Translations under genes and position numbers: made by a program | The notes under the pieces: generated by a model | What the model saw: only the letters and a program-made list of their open reading frames with translations | Databases searched by the model: none | Told to the model about the DNA's origin: nothing | Source: the human T2T-CHM13v2.0 reference genome, Homo sapiens | Assembly: GCF_009914755.1 (NCBI RefSeq) | Contig: NC_060927.1 | Reading direction: 5' to 3' (one strand) | DNA length: 64,000 nucleotides | Part shown: piece after piece, positions 35,582-47,739 of the stretch | Numbering within the stretch: position 1 is the first letter of the stretch | How the letters are laid out: every line of letters begins with the position of its first letter

Positions 35582-36419
35582 GTACCCTACTTTCATGATA
35601 AAGATAATATGGCATTTAGGGCTTGTCTTGATTAAAAGCCAAGAATATTATTTGCATTTCTTTGAAAGAAAAAGCTGAATTGAGGATAAAGTAGCGTCAA
35701 AATGACGACCAAATGGAAAGGAGATTATAATTGCAGATTTCAGAACACAGTTTAGTATACTTATGTATATTACTTCTTAAATAATGGTTTGAGGAGTGCA
35801 GATTATTCATCCATTTGATTTGAGATCTCTCCATGCTTCATTTTTTTTCCCTGGACAGTTAGAATTTTCCCTCATGGTTCAGACTCTTAAATATATATGC
35901 TCACCCTAAGTTCTTTAAAGTCCCTGAAAAGTTGCCTTCTCTATTAGTCATTCATTCTTTATTCTCCTTTTTGATTTTTCTGTCATCAGTGACACCTGAA
36001 TACATTTTCCAGCCTACACTCATTGACCAAAAAAGAAAAAACTTGGCATCAACATTGTTTTTAGTCATTTAGACCATTATGTCCTTATGTGGCAACTACT
36101 TTATAAAGTAACATGAACATGACTCAACTTTTGGCTCTAAAATCAGAAGAAATAAAGATTTGCAATAGCAGTATCTATTTGTGAGCAATAACATTTTTAT
36201 AAATTGATCCATTTCCAGACACTATTTTTAAAGTTGGTTTAAGTGATAGGCATTTTTTAAGTGTTGTACCTAGCAAACTATGAAAAGTCTCTTATTAATC
36301 ATTTGTATTTCAACTTATTTCTGAACTTAAATCTTATTATATATAATACTTTGCATCCTAATGCTAAATCTCAACATAAAGTAGTAGGAGCAGAGTTTCT
36401 ACTCAGAATCAGTTTTACA

Positions 36420-39165
36420 TGAAATGAAAACAACCTTGAATAATTAAAGCAATTTTTAAAAAGAAAAGTTAGATGTCTATACTCCCTGTTTTAAGACTTA
36501 CTGTATAAAATTACAGTAATCAAGACTATATATTACTATAGGGATAGACATATGAGGGAACTTTTAAAAGTTCATGGAAATTGAATTAAAAGATAAAAAA
36601 TATAAACCTTATCTCTCAATGGAAGCTCCATCAAGGTCTAGACACTTTTGTAAGCAATGATACCAGCCATTTAGTTCAACCCTAAAACACTGAGGGTCCT
36701 AGGAATTTAACTATGTTAATGAAGTCTTTTTTACATTATTAACTGAAGACGAATGGGTGCCTTTTAAGATTTTTTATGATTAGGAAACAAAAAGAAGTCA
36801 GAAGGAGCCAAATCAGGGCAGTAATGTGGATGCCTAATGATTTCCCATCAAAACTCTCACAAAATTGCCCATGTTTGATGAGAGGAATGAGCAGGAGCAT
36901 GGTCATAGTGGGGAAGGACTCTCTGGTGAAGCTTTCCCAGACATTTTCCTGCTAAAGCTTTGGCCAATTTTCTTAAAGTATTCTCAATAAGTATTGTTCT
37001 TTGGCCCTCCAGAAAGCTAACAAGAAAATGCCTTGAGCATCCCAAAAACGTGTTGCCATGACCTTTGCTCTTCACCAGTCTGCTTTTGATTAGACTGGAC
37101 CACTTCCTCCTGGTTGCCATTGCTTTGATTGTGCTTTGTCTTCAGCATCATACTGGCAAAGCCATGTTTCACCTCTGTTACAATTCTTTGAAGAATTTCA
37201 TCTCACCTGTTAGTAATTTTCATTGAAATCTCTGCTCTTGTCTGCAGCTCATCTGGGCACAACATTTTTGGCACCCATCAATTGGAAAGTTTGCTTAACT
37301 TTAATTTTTCAGTCAGAATTACATAAGCTAAACCAATTGAATTGTGGTTTAGGCTGTGGTGTTGGCTATTTGTGTTGTTAATTATCAGTCCTCTTCAATT
37401 AGGGCACAATTAAGATGAATTTTTTCCTTGCGAATTTATGTGCCTGGTCTGCTGCTGCAGGCTTCACCTTCAATATCATCTCATCCCTTCTTAAAACGAT
37501 TTGTAAGCTGCTGATTTCTTTGGGGCATTGTCCACATAAACTTATCATAAGGCATCAATGATTTCACCATTCTTTCACCCAAGCTTCATTATAAATTTAA
37601 TGTTTGTTCTTGCTTCAATCTTTGCAGAATTCATATTCTGATAAGGATTCTTTTCAAACTGATGTCTTACCCTTCTTAGTCCCTCAAACTAGATCCTGTT
37701 CAGACATGTTATGACGAGTTAATTCAAGTTTATTTTGGTGCAGACAAAATTGAAATCCATACCGTTTTTCTATAATGTACATTTTCCATGAACTTTTTAA
37801 GACCCCTTATATAGAACAATGGAGCAGGGTAGAGAGACCTTGCTCAACCCTCATGTATATGATCAATTAATTTTCAACAAAACTACCAAGGCAATTCAAT
37901 TGGGAAAGGAAAGTCTTTCAACAAATGCGACTGAAAAAACTGGATATTCTTACTGAGGAAAAGAAACATTGACCCTTACCTCACATCATACATAAGAATT
38001 AGCTTTAGTTTCACAGCAGAAAAATGCGGGACCCATAAGAATTAGCTTGAAATGTATTATAAACCTAATTATAAAAGCTAAAACTATAGAACTTCTAGAA
38101 GAAAATTTTTGCAGCCTTGAGTATGCAAAGATTTTTTGGATAAGACACAAAAAGCACAAACCATTTTTTAAAATGATAGATTATACTTCCTTAAACTTAA
38201 AAAGTTTTATTCTTTGAAAGATACCATTAAGAAACAAAAAGGCAAGTCATAGAATGGAAGCAAATATTAGCAATATGTATTAACAAAGGACTTCAATTCC
38301 GTATATATAAAGAACTCATAACTCAATAAGACAAACAACCAATTAAACAATGAAGAAAAGATTTCAACAGATCATTCAGAAAAGAAAGGATGGCCAATAA
38401 TCTTATGAAGAAAATGCTGAATATCATTAGTCATCAGAGAAATGCAAATTAAAACAGCAGTGAAATACATTACACCAATTAGAATGGCTGTGAGTTAAAA
38501 ATCTGATAACGCCAACTGTTGATGAAGATGTAGAGCACCAGTACTCTTCTACACTGCTGTTGGGAACATAAAATGGTATAACCACTTTGGAAATCAGTTT
38601 GGCAGTGTCTTACAAAGTTAAACATATGTCTACCATACAACCCAACTATTTCAGTACTAGGGCAGTATTTACTATCCAAGAGAAATAAAAACATGTTCAC
38701 ACAAAGAGTTGTACATGAATGTTATAGCAACCTTATTCTCAAAAGCCAGAACCTGGAAACAACCCAAATGTTCATCTGCAGGTGAATAGATTTTAAAAAT
38801 TGCAGATATTCATATAATAGAATTCTACTAGCATTACCACAGATGTACCCAACAACATGGATTTATCTCAGAAACGTTATGCTGAGTGAAAGACATCAGA
38901 TATAAAAGAGTATGCAATTTATATGGAAGTCTAGAAAATGCAGACTAATCTAAAGTGGCAGGAAGCAGATCTGTGGTTGTCTGGGGGTCAGGGTAGAGAT
39001 AGAAATTGACTACAGAGAGACACAAGAAAATTCTTGGTAACAATGGACATGTTCTATATATTGATTGTTGTAGTGGTAACACAGAATTAACATGTACCAA
39101 AACTCACCAAATTGTATGCTTTGATAGGCACAGTTATAGATAAATTATACTTCAGTAAAGCTAAT
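36420..39165 (+). mobile_element. Old 5'-truncated L1M (L1MD/ME-like), split by Hsmar2
   Basis: L1 sequence is contiguous across the mariner (gatagacata|tagaacaatgga); later catcagagaaatgcaaattaaaac and ggaaacaacccaaatgttcatc. Confidence 0.8.
36553..37809 (-). mobile_element. Full-length Hsmar2 mariner; transposase pseudogene on - strand from ATG 37634
   Basis: TIRs tgagggaacttttaaaagttcatggaaa / tttccatgaactttttaagacccctta, TA on both sides. Peptides MNSAKIEARTNIKF, HYDHAPAH and YCPDLAPSDFFLFP. Confidence 0.93.
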
Positions 39166-41269
39166 ATTGTAAGTGCAATTTGAAGTATTTGGTGGTTTCT
39201 TTAAACCTTATGATTTTATATGATGCACTTCATTATTGATATAGCAAAATACTCTGCTTTTAGAAAAGAGAAATTAACATCATCTCACATCTTCTACCAT
39301 CCTCCCTACCCCACCTCTGTTTAAAGGATCAAAGTTGTACATAAAATTGATAAAATAAGCACGTAAAATCATAACTATTAATCATGTAAGGTTATCAAAG
39401 ATTGAAAGGCTACAGAGCAGCCTAGTGCAATGGGAAGCGTAGAGGATGTTTGAAGTACTAAGACTTGGTTTCATATCCAAAATCTAGCTCTAATAGTATA
39501 TCTTAAACTTAGAAATGAGTATATTACGTATTACCAAAAATTAGGATCAAGTGAAACATGCTAAGGCACTTGCAAACACAACAAATCCCTGTTCCTACCC
39601 ACTGTATAGTCAGATCTTAACTGCTTGCAGATAAAAGTTCTAAATAAGAATTAGTTTGATTTGCCAATGAACTCTGAGAGAGCAACTGGAAATCTCAACC
39701 AGAAATCTCCAACACCTAGCCTAGCACCTGGCATAAATACATGTTAACTAAATTAATTTCCTATTTCTGAACCCCAGTGTTTTTATTGGCTCTGTTCAGA
39801 GAAATTAAGGCACATGGGGCCATAGACTATTTTCTCTAAGCTTATGAGCCGAAACATAATATGCTTACAAGAAGAGACATTAGAACTCATAACTTTATAC
39901 TGACTAATGTTCAAATACAATTATGTTAGGTATCCATTTGCTTCTGACATCACAAAAGAACAGATCACAAAAGACTTGGACTTAAGCTGTCTGCTTTTCC
40001 TTGCATAATAAGTCCCCTGGTTCAGGGAATCCAGTCATTATAGAATTTAGCCTAACTGCTTCTAATCCATGTAGGACTTTTTATTAAAGATGAAAACTAG
40101 TAAAGAATTAACCATGAGAGGAAATAAAAGATTAATTCAAGTCAGTCATCACCGTATCTATATCTTAAGAAGTTAATAGTTCAAAATCTTTTTTTTTTTT
40201 TTTTTTTTTTTACTGGTAGAAGACTTCTGAATATACTCGCCGCTTCTGAATATACTCCCAGCCCCATGGTGTTAGGGGTAGGTTGCAACTATGTAACTCC
40301 AAGCTGACTGGGCTGGCACCAACATCATCAGCACTGCTAACATCTTCCAGCAAGTTTTAGTTCATTAATCTTAATGCCATACATGTACCCTTTCTCTAGC
40401 TAGTGGGTGGCCAGACATAAAAACTTGCAAACAGAGGCAAAGACATTAATGGGATGATGCAAGAAGAGAGTTGGAGATTTTTTTTTAAATCTCCTTTGCA
40501 CATAGGAGTGACCCTAATCAATGCTTTTTGGTGAATATAAGCAGAATACATCTTGTTGCCTTCTCTAGAATAGAGAACTAAGTAGATATGTTGCCTCTGG
40601 GTTCAATATTTATTTCTGGAAACTCTTTTCATTTTACTACCATCCTCTAATAAACCAATACATCCACTTTGTAAAATATAAGACTCTGGAGTTATTATAT
40701 GTGCTTATAAAAACACACCTTTAGATAAGTGGTTTTTCCAATCTTCTGATACTCCTCATTTCCTTCTCATTGATTTTCAAGTTTCAACACAATTTTTTAA
40801 AAATAAGGATTTAAACATGAGACAGTAAACCTGGGTAAAGAACTAAGGGGTTTTGAAATTCAAAGTTATTATTTCTGTTTTTAGTAGCTGTTCCACCCTT
40901 GCAAATATGTATAATAATTAGCCACAATTAATATTCCTCTTTTCCCTAATTCATTATAAAAAGTATAACTTCTATACAATAATGCATTACATTTTTATCA
41001 TGAGAAATCATAACAATATCTTTATATTTGAACCTGAACTTCAATATGAATTTGTGAGATTTTTTATATTAATGTGTGTATTTTGTAATGTATGTGGTAT
41101 GTGTATATATATGTTTATTTTAGACACATTTGACTACATTTATATATTCATAGAGATTTACATAGAGGCATTAAAAAAACAGGCATAGTCAGTCATGGAT
41201 GTTCATTATATATAAAGGTTATTGGGGATGCAAAGATATAAAAGATAGAAGAACCTAGTAATTGCCTTT

Positions 41270-41720
41270 AAGATCAGAGCACAAAGCATTAGTTTGGATT
41301 TTACAAGGCCAGCCAGCAACAAAAGAGCAGTAATTTATGAGCTCAGCGTAAAAGAATAGCATAATTGCATTAAAAATTAATGCTAATGAACACTAAAATG
41401 GGGAAGGTGGTTATGATGAAAGTTTGTATTCATCTTTCCTGGTTTGAATGATGGCTAGTGGCTTGATTAATGGCTTAATTTCTATCAATTAGCGGGGAAA
41501 AATCTCCTGCGAGACAAGGGTAAATTGAGCATTGAATTACATATCTTGCTTTTGTGTGCTAAGAAAAAAGAGCTGCGTATCTCTGATATTAGCCACAGTG
41601 ACAAATGTGGTGTGCCCTGCGATGTCTGCATTAGCTCTCCTGACAGGCGAGTTGTGTGTGGTTATGGGGTGTTTAGAGATGGCTGGCAGACAGCATTCAC
41701 TGCAAGTTCCTTAGAAACAT
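41270..41720. promoter_or_regulatory. Candidate conserved developmental enhancer
   Basis: Repeat-free, dense TAAT/ATTA cores, PBX-HOX-type TGATTAATGG at 41464, MEIS-type TGACAG at 41641, retained CpGs. Confidence 0.6.
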
Positions 41721-42280
41721 ACAACTCTTCCATCTACAGAATTTTAATTAGAGTCGATAAGGATTCTAGAATTAAAATGGACAGCAAACAGCAACTGCAG
41801 AATCTGTATTCTGACCTATTAATCTGGTATACATCAAATTATATTCCTTTTTCCTACCCTATTAAAATAAGAAAACTTCCAGTAGCTTTAGTTTTGTTGG
41901 GATTATGAATTCTTACCACTCTATTAAAGTGGATTTGACTATCAATGTTGATTACATTTGCAATAAGCATAAGGCAGTAGTCTATATTTTGGGACTATGT
42001 AGTGGTTGTTGGTTTAACCAAATTCATGGAAACCATTCTTGTTTTTTGTAACAATTGCTGAACAGTAAATAAAGAGCAGCTTAAAGTGACAATTTCCTAC
42101 TTAGGTTGTTTGCAGGCTTAAGGGAAAAAAATGCTAGGTTTTTAGAAACTTTTTAAATTCATTTACAAAGGTTTTCTAGATGTGATATATATATATATCC
42201 CTTTAAAAATTTCAAATGTGAAAGATTCTGAAAATGCACATCTGTAATCTAGTTCAAGATAATGCCAGAAGAGTAAGATA

Positions 42281-42315
42281 TTATATAAAATATATATATT
42301 TTATGTATATATGTA

Positions 42316-42345
<30 letters not shown>
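42281..42345. repeat. (TA)n/(TG)n microsatellite
   Basis: Directly visible. Confidence 0.85.
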
Positions 42346-42346
<1 letters not shown>

Positions 42347-42489
42347 CCTACAAATAAAGCTACACTGTATTTTACTGAATGAGTAAGCATTAAAATGCAG
42401 AATAAGGACAATATCAAGAATATTTATTACTTATTATAAATGGATGGAGTGGGGAAAAAATAAATTGTTGCTTGGCAGGAGTGGGTAAA

Positions 42490-42710
42490 GAATTCATTTG
42501 ACTGGAAGATGACTAGTCACAATTCAGGGGTTGAATCCCAGTTGTACCACCAACTAGCCATGTGGCTGTCACCAAGTTATTTATTAGCCTCAGTTTCTCA
42601 TCTTTACAATGAGGGTAACAGTATTATTCCTCATGGTCATGATATTTAAATGAGGTAATCCATGTGAAGTGCTCAGCGCAGAGTGCCTTAAATTTCTATT
42701 GCTGTTACTA
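42490..42710 (+). mobile_element. MIR
   Basis: gggttgaatcccag..ccaccaactagccatgtg..gcctcagtttctcatctttacaatgaggg. Confidence 0.75.
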
Positions 42711-43399
42711 TTACTTACTTCTGCTACCAGAACAGCTCATCTGGCCTTCTAAACAATGACTTAAATGAAAAATTCATTTCTATGACTTTCCCCACTGGAA
42801 AGGTATTACATATATCGATGATGAAAACAAAAATTTCCGTGGACATATATACACCAGAACAAAATATGTTTGCTTTAAAACATGGTTTCTACCGCCTAAC
42901 TGTCATTTTGGGTAGTTTGTGTTATAAGACATCCATTAGGAAGTGACAAGATCTCCCATCTCTTTAGTCACTGAAGCCTGGGTAACCATATGTCAGCAAA
43001 ATACCACTTTCCTATTCAACCCAGAGCATTCAGTGAATCATGGTAGACTCCAGTGCCTTGGTGGGTGGTAAAATTCAGCTGGGCCTTTTGTGCCTTCTCA
43101 TAGATGTGCACAGGCCTGTCCTCCACTGCTTCCACTCCTTCTCTCCTCCTCCTATCATTTCCACATCCTGGCACACCACAGGTTTACCAGAAGATGTATG
43201 AGCTAAAGCCATTTTCTACTTGCCTGAACTCAAGAATATTGCCAGCTTATTATAAACCATACTGTCAGAAATATACAGATTTATATAAGAATTGTTTAGC
43301 CAACTTCCGTGTCTTTAGTACTGTTACTAAATTAGCACTTTTGTTTATGCTGTGCTTCCTGTATCTGCTACCATTTCTTAAGTGCTTTTAATGCTTCCC

Positions 43400-43904
43400 T
43401 ATCGCTGTGTGGAGCACAGGTTATCATCTCCCAGATTTTTGTGGCTTGCTTTTTCACATCATTTTTGCCTTCTGAAATACCACCATGTCAGAGAGTTCTT
43501 CTCTGGTTACCCCATCTGAAATAGTTTCCTTTCCTCCTTTCTAGCCCTCTAGCCTGCTCTATTTTCCTTGATATTATATTATTTACTTGTTTATTATTTG
43601 TCTCCCTCATTAAAACATAAGCTCATGAAGGAAGAAACTCTCATTCATTTCCAAGTCCTACTATGTGGAACAATGCCTGGTACATTGAATGTGCTCACTT
43701 ATTTGAAAAGAGAGGGATGGAGGGAGGGAGGGAAGATGTGGGGGGGAAATCTCTCAACCACCCTATGATGTTTAGGCTATTACTATCTCCATGCCATAGA
43801 TGAGAAAATGGAGACCAACACTCTTGAACCACTTGCCCAAAGCCACACAGCTGGTACATAGCAGAGACAGGGTTTAACCCAGATAGCCCAAACCCAGAGC
43901 CCTT
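43400..43904. mobile_element. L2 3' fragment (+, ~43400-43720) and MIR (-, ~43760-43904)
   Basis: acttgtttattatttgtctccc..gaacaatgcctggtaca; acttgcccaaagccacacagctggt..gggtttaacccag. Confidence 0.65.
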
Positions 43905-43919
43905 AAAACTCACCACTGA

Positions 43920-44054
43920 GGGTGCAGCGCACCAGCATGGCACGTGTATACATATGTAACTAACCTGCACAATGTGCACATGTACCCTAAAACTTAGAGT
44001 ATAATAAAAAAAAAAATAATAAATAAAAAAAAAAAGAAACTTAAAAAAAAAAAA
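43920..44054 (+). mobile_element. Severely 5'-truncated L1HS (~86 bp plus tail)
   Basis: Near-perfect L1HS 3' end with CTTAGAGTATAAT (G at 43997); perfect 15-bp TSD aaaactcaccactga at 43905 and 44055; TT/AAAA target. Confidence 0.9.
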
Positions 44055-44164
44055 AAAACTCACCACTGAAAGACATTTAATTTTTTAAGTTACAAAAACT
44101 TTTTATAATTTGACATTTTCTTCCATGAAGTTTTATTTTTTAATGGTAACTTTACTGCCCTTTA

Positions 44165-44470
44165 AATTTCAGTTATTCAACAAATGTTTATTGACTGCTT
44201 ACTAGATAATAAAGCACACTCCACTAAGTTCTGGAGGTGACACAAAGAGGTATGTCCCCTCTAGCTGGGGAGAAGAAGCTTTCACTCAAGAAGAGATTTG
44301 CAAGGCAGCATATGCTAAAAGCCAAATGAATTATGCAAGAGGCCCTTTTACTCACAGGTGGCAAGGTGTGGCATCATCACAAAGTGGACATCAGGCATGG
44401 CCTTAAATGACAGGGAGGATTAAGAGAAGGTGAGAGCATTCCAGGTGAGAAGAGTTGAATGAGACATTTA
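44165..44470 (-). mobile_element. L2 3' fragment
   Basis: attcaacaaatgtttattgactgcttact signature. Confidence 0.65.
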
Positions 44471-47400
44471 GTGTGGATTTTGTTTTTAATAAAGCTTAGC
44501 CTGATGCCCAGTTCACTTTCACTTATTGAAATATTTAACAAATTCTTCTTCATTGATACAGTCACATTAACATTATTCCTATTACTTAATCTGATATAGT
44601 AAGCAGTTTAAGGTGAGTTTGTCTTGGATCCCGTCCAAAGTGGAGTTCCTTTCAGACACTTCAGGAGCCTCGTCCGCATATGTAACATGGTCCTGTAGCA
44701 TAAGCTTCCCAGAAGACTAATAGAAAAGCCCTATTCCACTTAAGGAGTTTTCTCATCTTTTAAATTATTTGTGTATATCAGTTCTGGAAATTTGTTCTCG
44801 GTGATATTGGTCTCGAACAACCTCAAAATGTTGGAGTTGGATAGATTTATAATGCTTGCCTTGTATGTGTTTTAAAAGAAACATTTAAAATGTACTGTTT
44901 TGAAAGGGAAAACAATTGGATGTGCTCACTTATTTGAAACCTGTGTTCATGAGAAATTTAAAACTTTAGAATTCCAATTAAGCTTTATGAGATGTTTTGT
45001 CCACAAATTTTATTGAATAGCCAGCTTTACCATACAAACATATTGTTGTTTGCTTTTTTGTTGTTCTTGTAAAGCACTTAAAAATACTTTACATTTCAAA
45101 GTTTTTTATTATCTGTCTTGTAACATAAGAAGGAATTTTTTTAATGTTTTTATTGTTGACTATAATTTGAGCTAATTTAATATGAAAATAAGATAATCTT
45201 TTGTATTATTTATGTATTTGTAGCAATATTATTAGTATATATTTTTTTCCTGGAATAGTAACATAAGTAACTCAGTAACTGTGGGGCCAACTGACCCAAA
45301 TTTTTTGTAACATAAAATGCATCTTTGGGAAAATTCATAAAATATTAGTATTTAAAAGGAGTCAGTTGAAGTTGCTGGTTGTTACTTGTCATGATCACAT
45401 CTGGGGCAATAGTGCCATCTTCAGTTCTCAGCCTGGCATTGTTATTAGAGGAGATTGGTTTATGTTTGTAATCTACAAATGCAGTATGAAAAGACTAAAA
45501 TTTTCTTTTCAAATGAAAGATTGATATGGACCTTGTCATCTTTATTTACTAGTTTTAAAATTTGTATAACATTTGGTATTTTAAAAGAAAACTCTGTGTT
45601 ATAAAATGTGAAATTGTCAAATATAACTTGAAGAAGCAGGAGAGCCTAATTTTTATACTATAAACATCAACAGTAACTAATACAATTTTTTAAAAATTTT
45701 TCATCACAAAAGGAAAGTGATTTTCTATACTTTGAGTTAAGTATTGATTATTGTGGTCTGTAATGACTTGGCTTTCTGAGTCTATTATTTTTTATTTTAC
45801 TATGAAGTATATATCCCTTCCATTAACATCTAGCAGAAAACATTTTATTTACAAATAATATGTTTATTAAAAAATCATCAAGTACTAATGGTGTGTTTCC
45901 TTCATGTTTACCATGTAAATGTTTTAAAACATCCCATATTAATTCTCCCAGTAACTTTGTTACTTGTCTTTAATTTTACTTCATGGCTAATGAATACAAG
46001 ATACTGTGTGTGTTGGGCATTTATGCAGCACATATAAACCATAACTCATTTTAAATCACATTTTCCCAATCTTAAAATTGGCACAAAATTGTTAAATGAC
46101 AAATTGACATGAAAAACTTAAGAAACTGAATTTAAAACAACGTAATATATATTATTGATATGTTTTATTCTGCTTCCCAAAGTGACAGGGTTATACTCAA
46201 GACATACATTTGTGGTCACTGACATGAGAATTTTGAGTAAGAAGCAATTTAAAACATTTTTATGTCTATTTTCATACAATAGAGCTGAGGTACTGTAAAG
46301 CTGAAAATGTAAATCTCCTGTGAATCTTTCAAATTTTAATTTAACATGCGTTTACAACCAGTAAAATGATTCCCACATTGAAACAAAAAAGCTATGTTGG
46401 TGTATTTTCATATTGTGAGTAAGGCAAACTGGCTTTCTCCTATCTGCTCTGTCACTTTGTTAGTTCTGAAGTGATCTTTAAAGAAACACAAAGATAATGA
46501 TGTTTTTCTGTAATCTTTCTCCTTCTTTCCTTTATAATTTTTCCAATGCTATTTTGTTAAGCATTGGTTTTGGCAAGCCTCTATGATAACACTTTTATTT
46601 GTATTAGGAGCTGGTTGTATGTCCAAATTTAAAGCTACAAACACTGCAAGCTTTAGACATCAAGTACTGTTTGTGAGGTCACCTCTGACATTTAATACTA
46701 ATGATTTCCTTTACAACTCCAAATAGAGAATATGTTTAGAGAAAAAATTCAAGTGGTCCAACATTTCATTCATATGAGACATCATCCTGAAGTCAGAAAT
46801 AATGTCTTTTGGTTGGGAATTAGTGACTGTGAAATAATTCTAGTGAAATTAACTAAGACCTATACAGACAAATGTAGTTTTCATATTGACATTGAAGTTG
46901 GATTACACAGACTAGTACCCATTATGACTTTCCTTTGCCATATTAACATTATTATATATGTAATTAATAAAAAATTTATCTACTTGTATGGGATGTGTTA
47001 ATATTAATAAATTAGCTGGGCAAAGAATCTTCTCTCATTTCACATGCTCAATTAGTACATTGCATAATTAAAATCTAGAGGAGCTTTCATTGTATAAAGC
47101 ATGTGGGACTATTTACTCTTACATGGCACTCTGACAGTGCTTGGTTTTATTATGTGGGAAGATATATTCTTCCAAAGGTGGGAGTATTGGCTGTGGTGGC
47201 TGCTACTTGCAAGCATTTCATTCTCATCTGATTATTTCTCACAAGAGAAAAGACTGGTTTCAGCTGTCAGGGACACATCTTCATAAGAGCCATCTTTCCC
47301 ACAAATAGACTAGAACTTGCACAAGACTATAATCATTATAAATTGTGATTGGTCAAAAATTGAGACAAAGATTTTTTCAGATAACATTTTTGTTGAATGT

Positions 47401-47739
47401 ATGAAACCAAATTTCCTTTAATACTCTTTATATTTATCTCTGTAACAACATTAAACCTTTCAAGGATAAAGCTGCTATAAAAATTAGTTTGCTGCAAAAA
47501 ACTCCACCTTCGTGTCAAACCACTTATTACTATTGTTAAGTAAATGTGACTATTATCCATGAACCCTAAATCCCAAAATTTTTAAGTGCCTTAGCTGAGT
47601 ATACAATCAATCCTAATTCAACTATGTCTTCATATCAGCTTAAAATGAATTTAAACAGCAAGGGTGTAAGTCATTATGTTACATTTTTTCTGCCCAGCTA
47701 GCATGTGAAAAAACTGAAATATAAAAATATGAAAATACA

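Noticed and set aside
41525-41908. 127-aa ORF as a novel gene
   Set aside because: Non-ATG start, no recognisable protein and no exon boundaries; overlaps the candidate enhancer.
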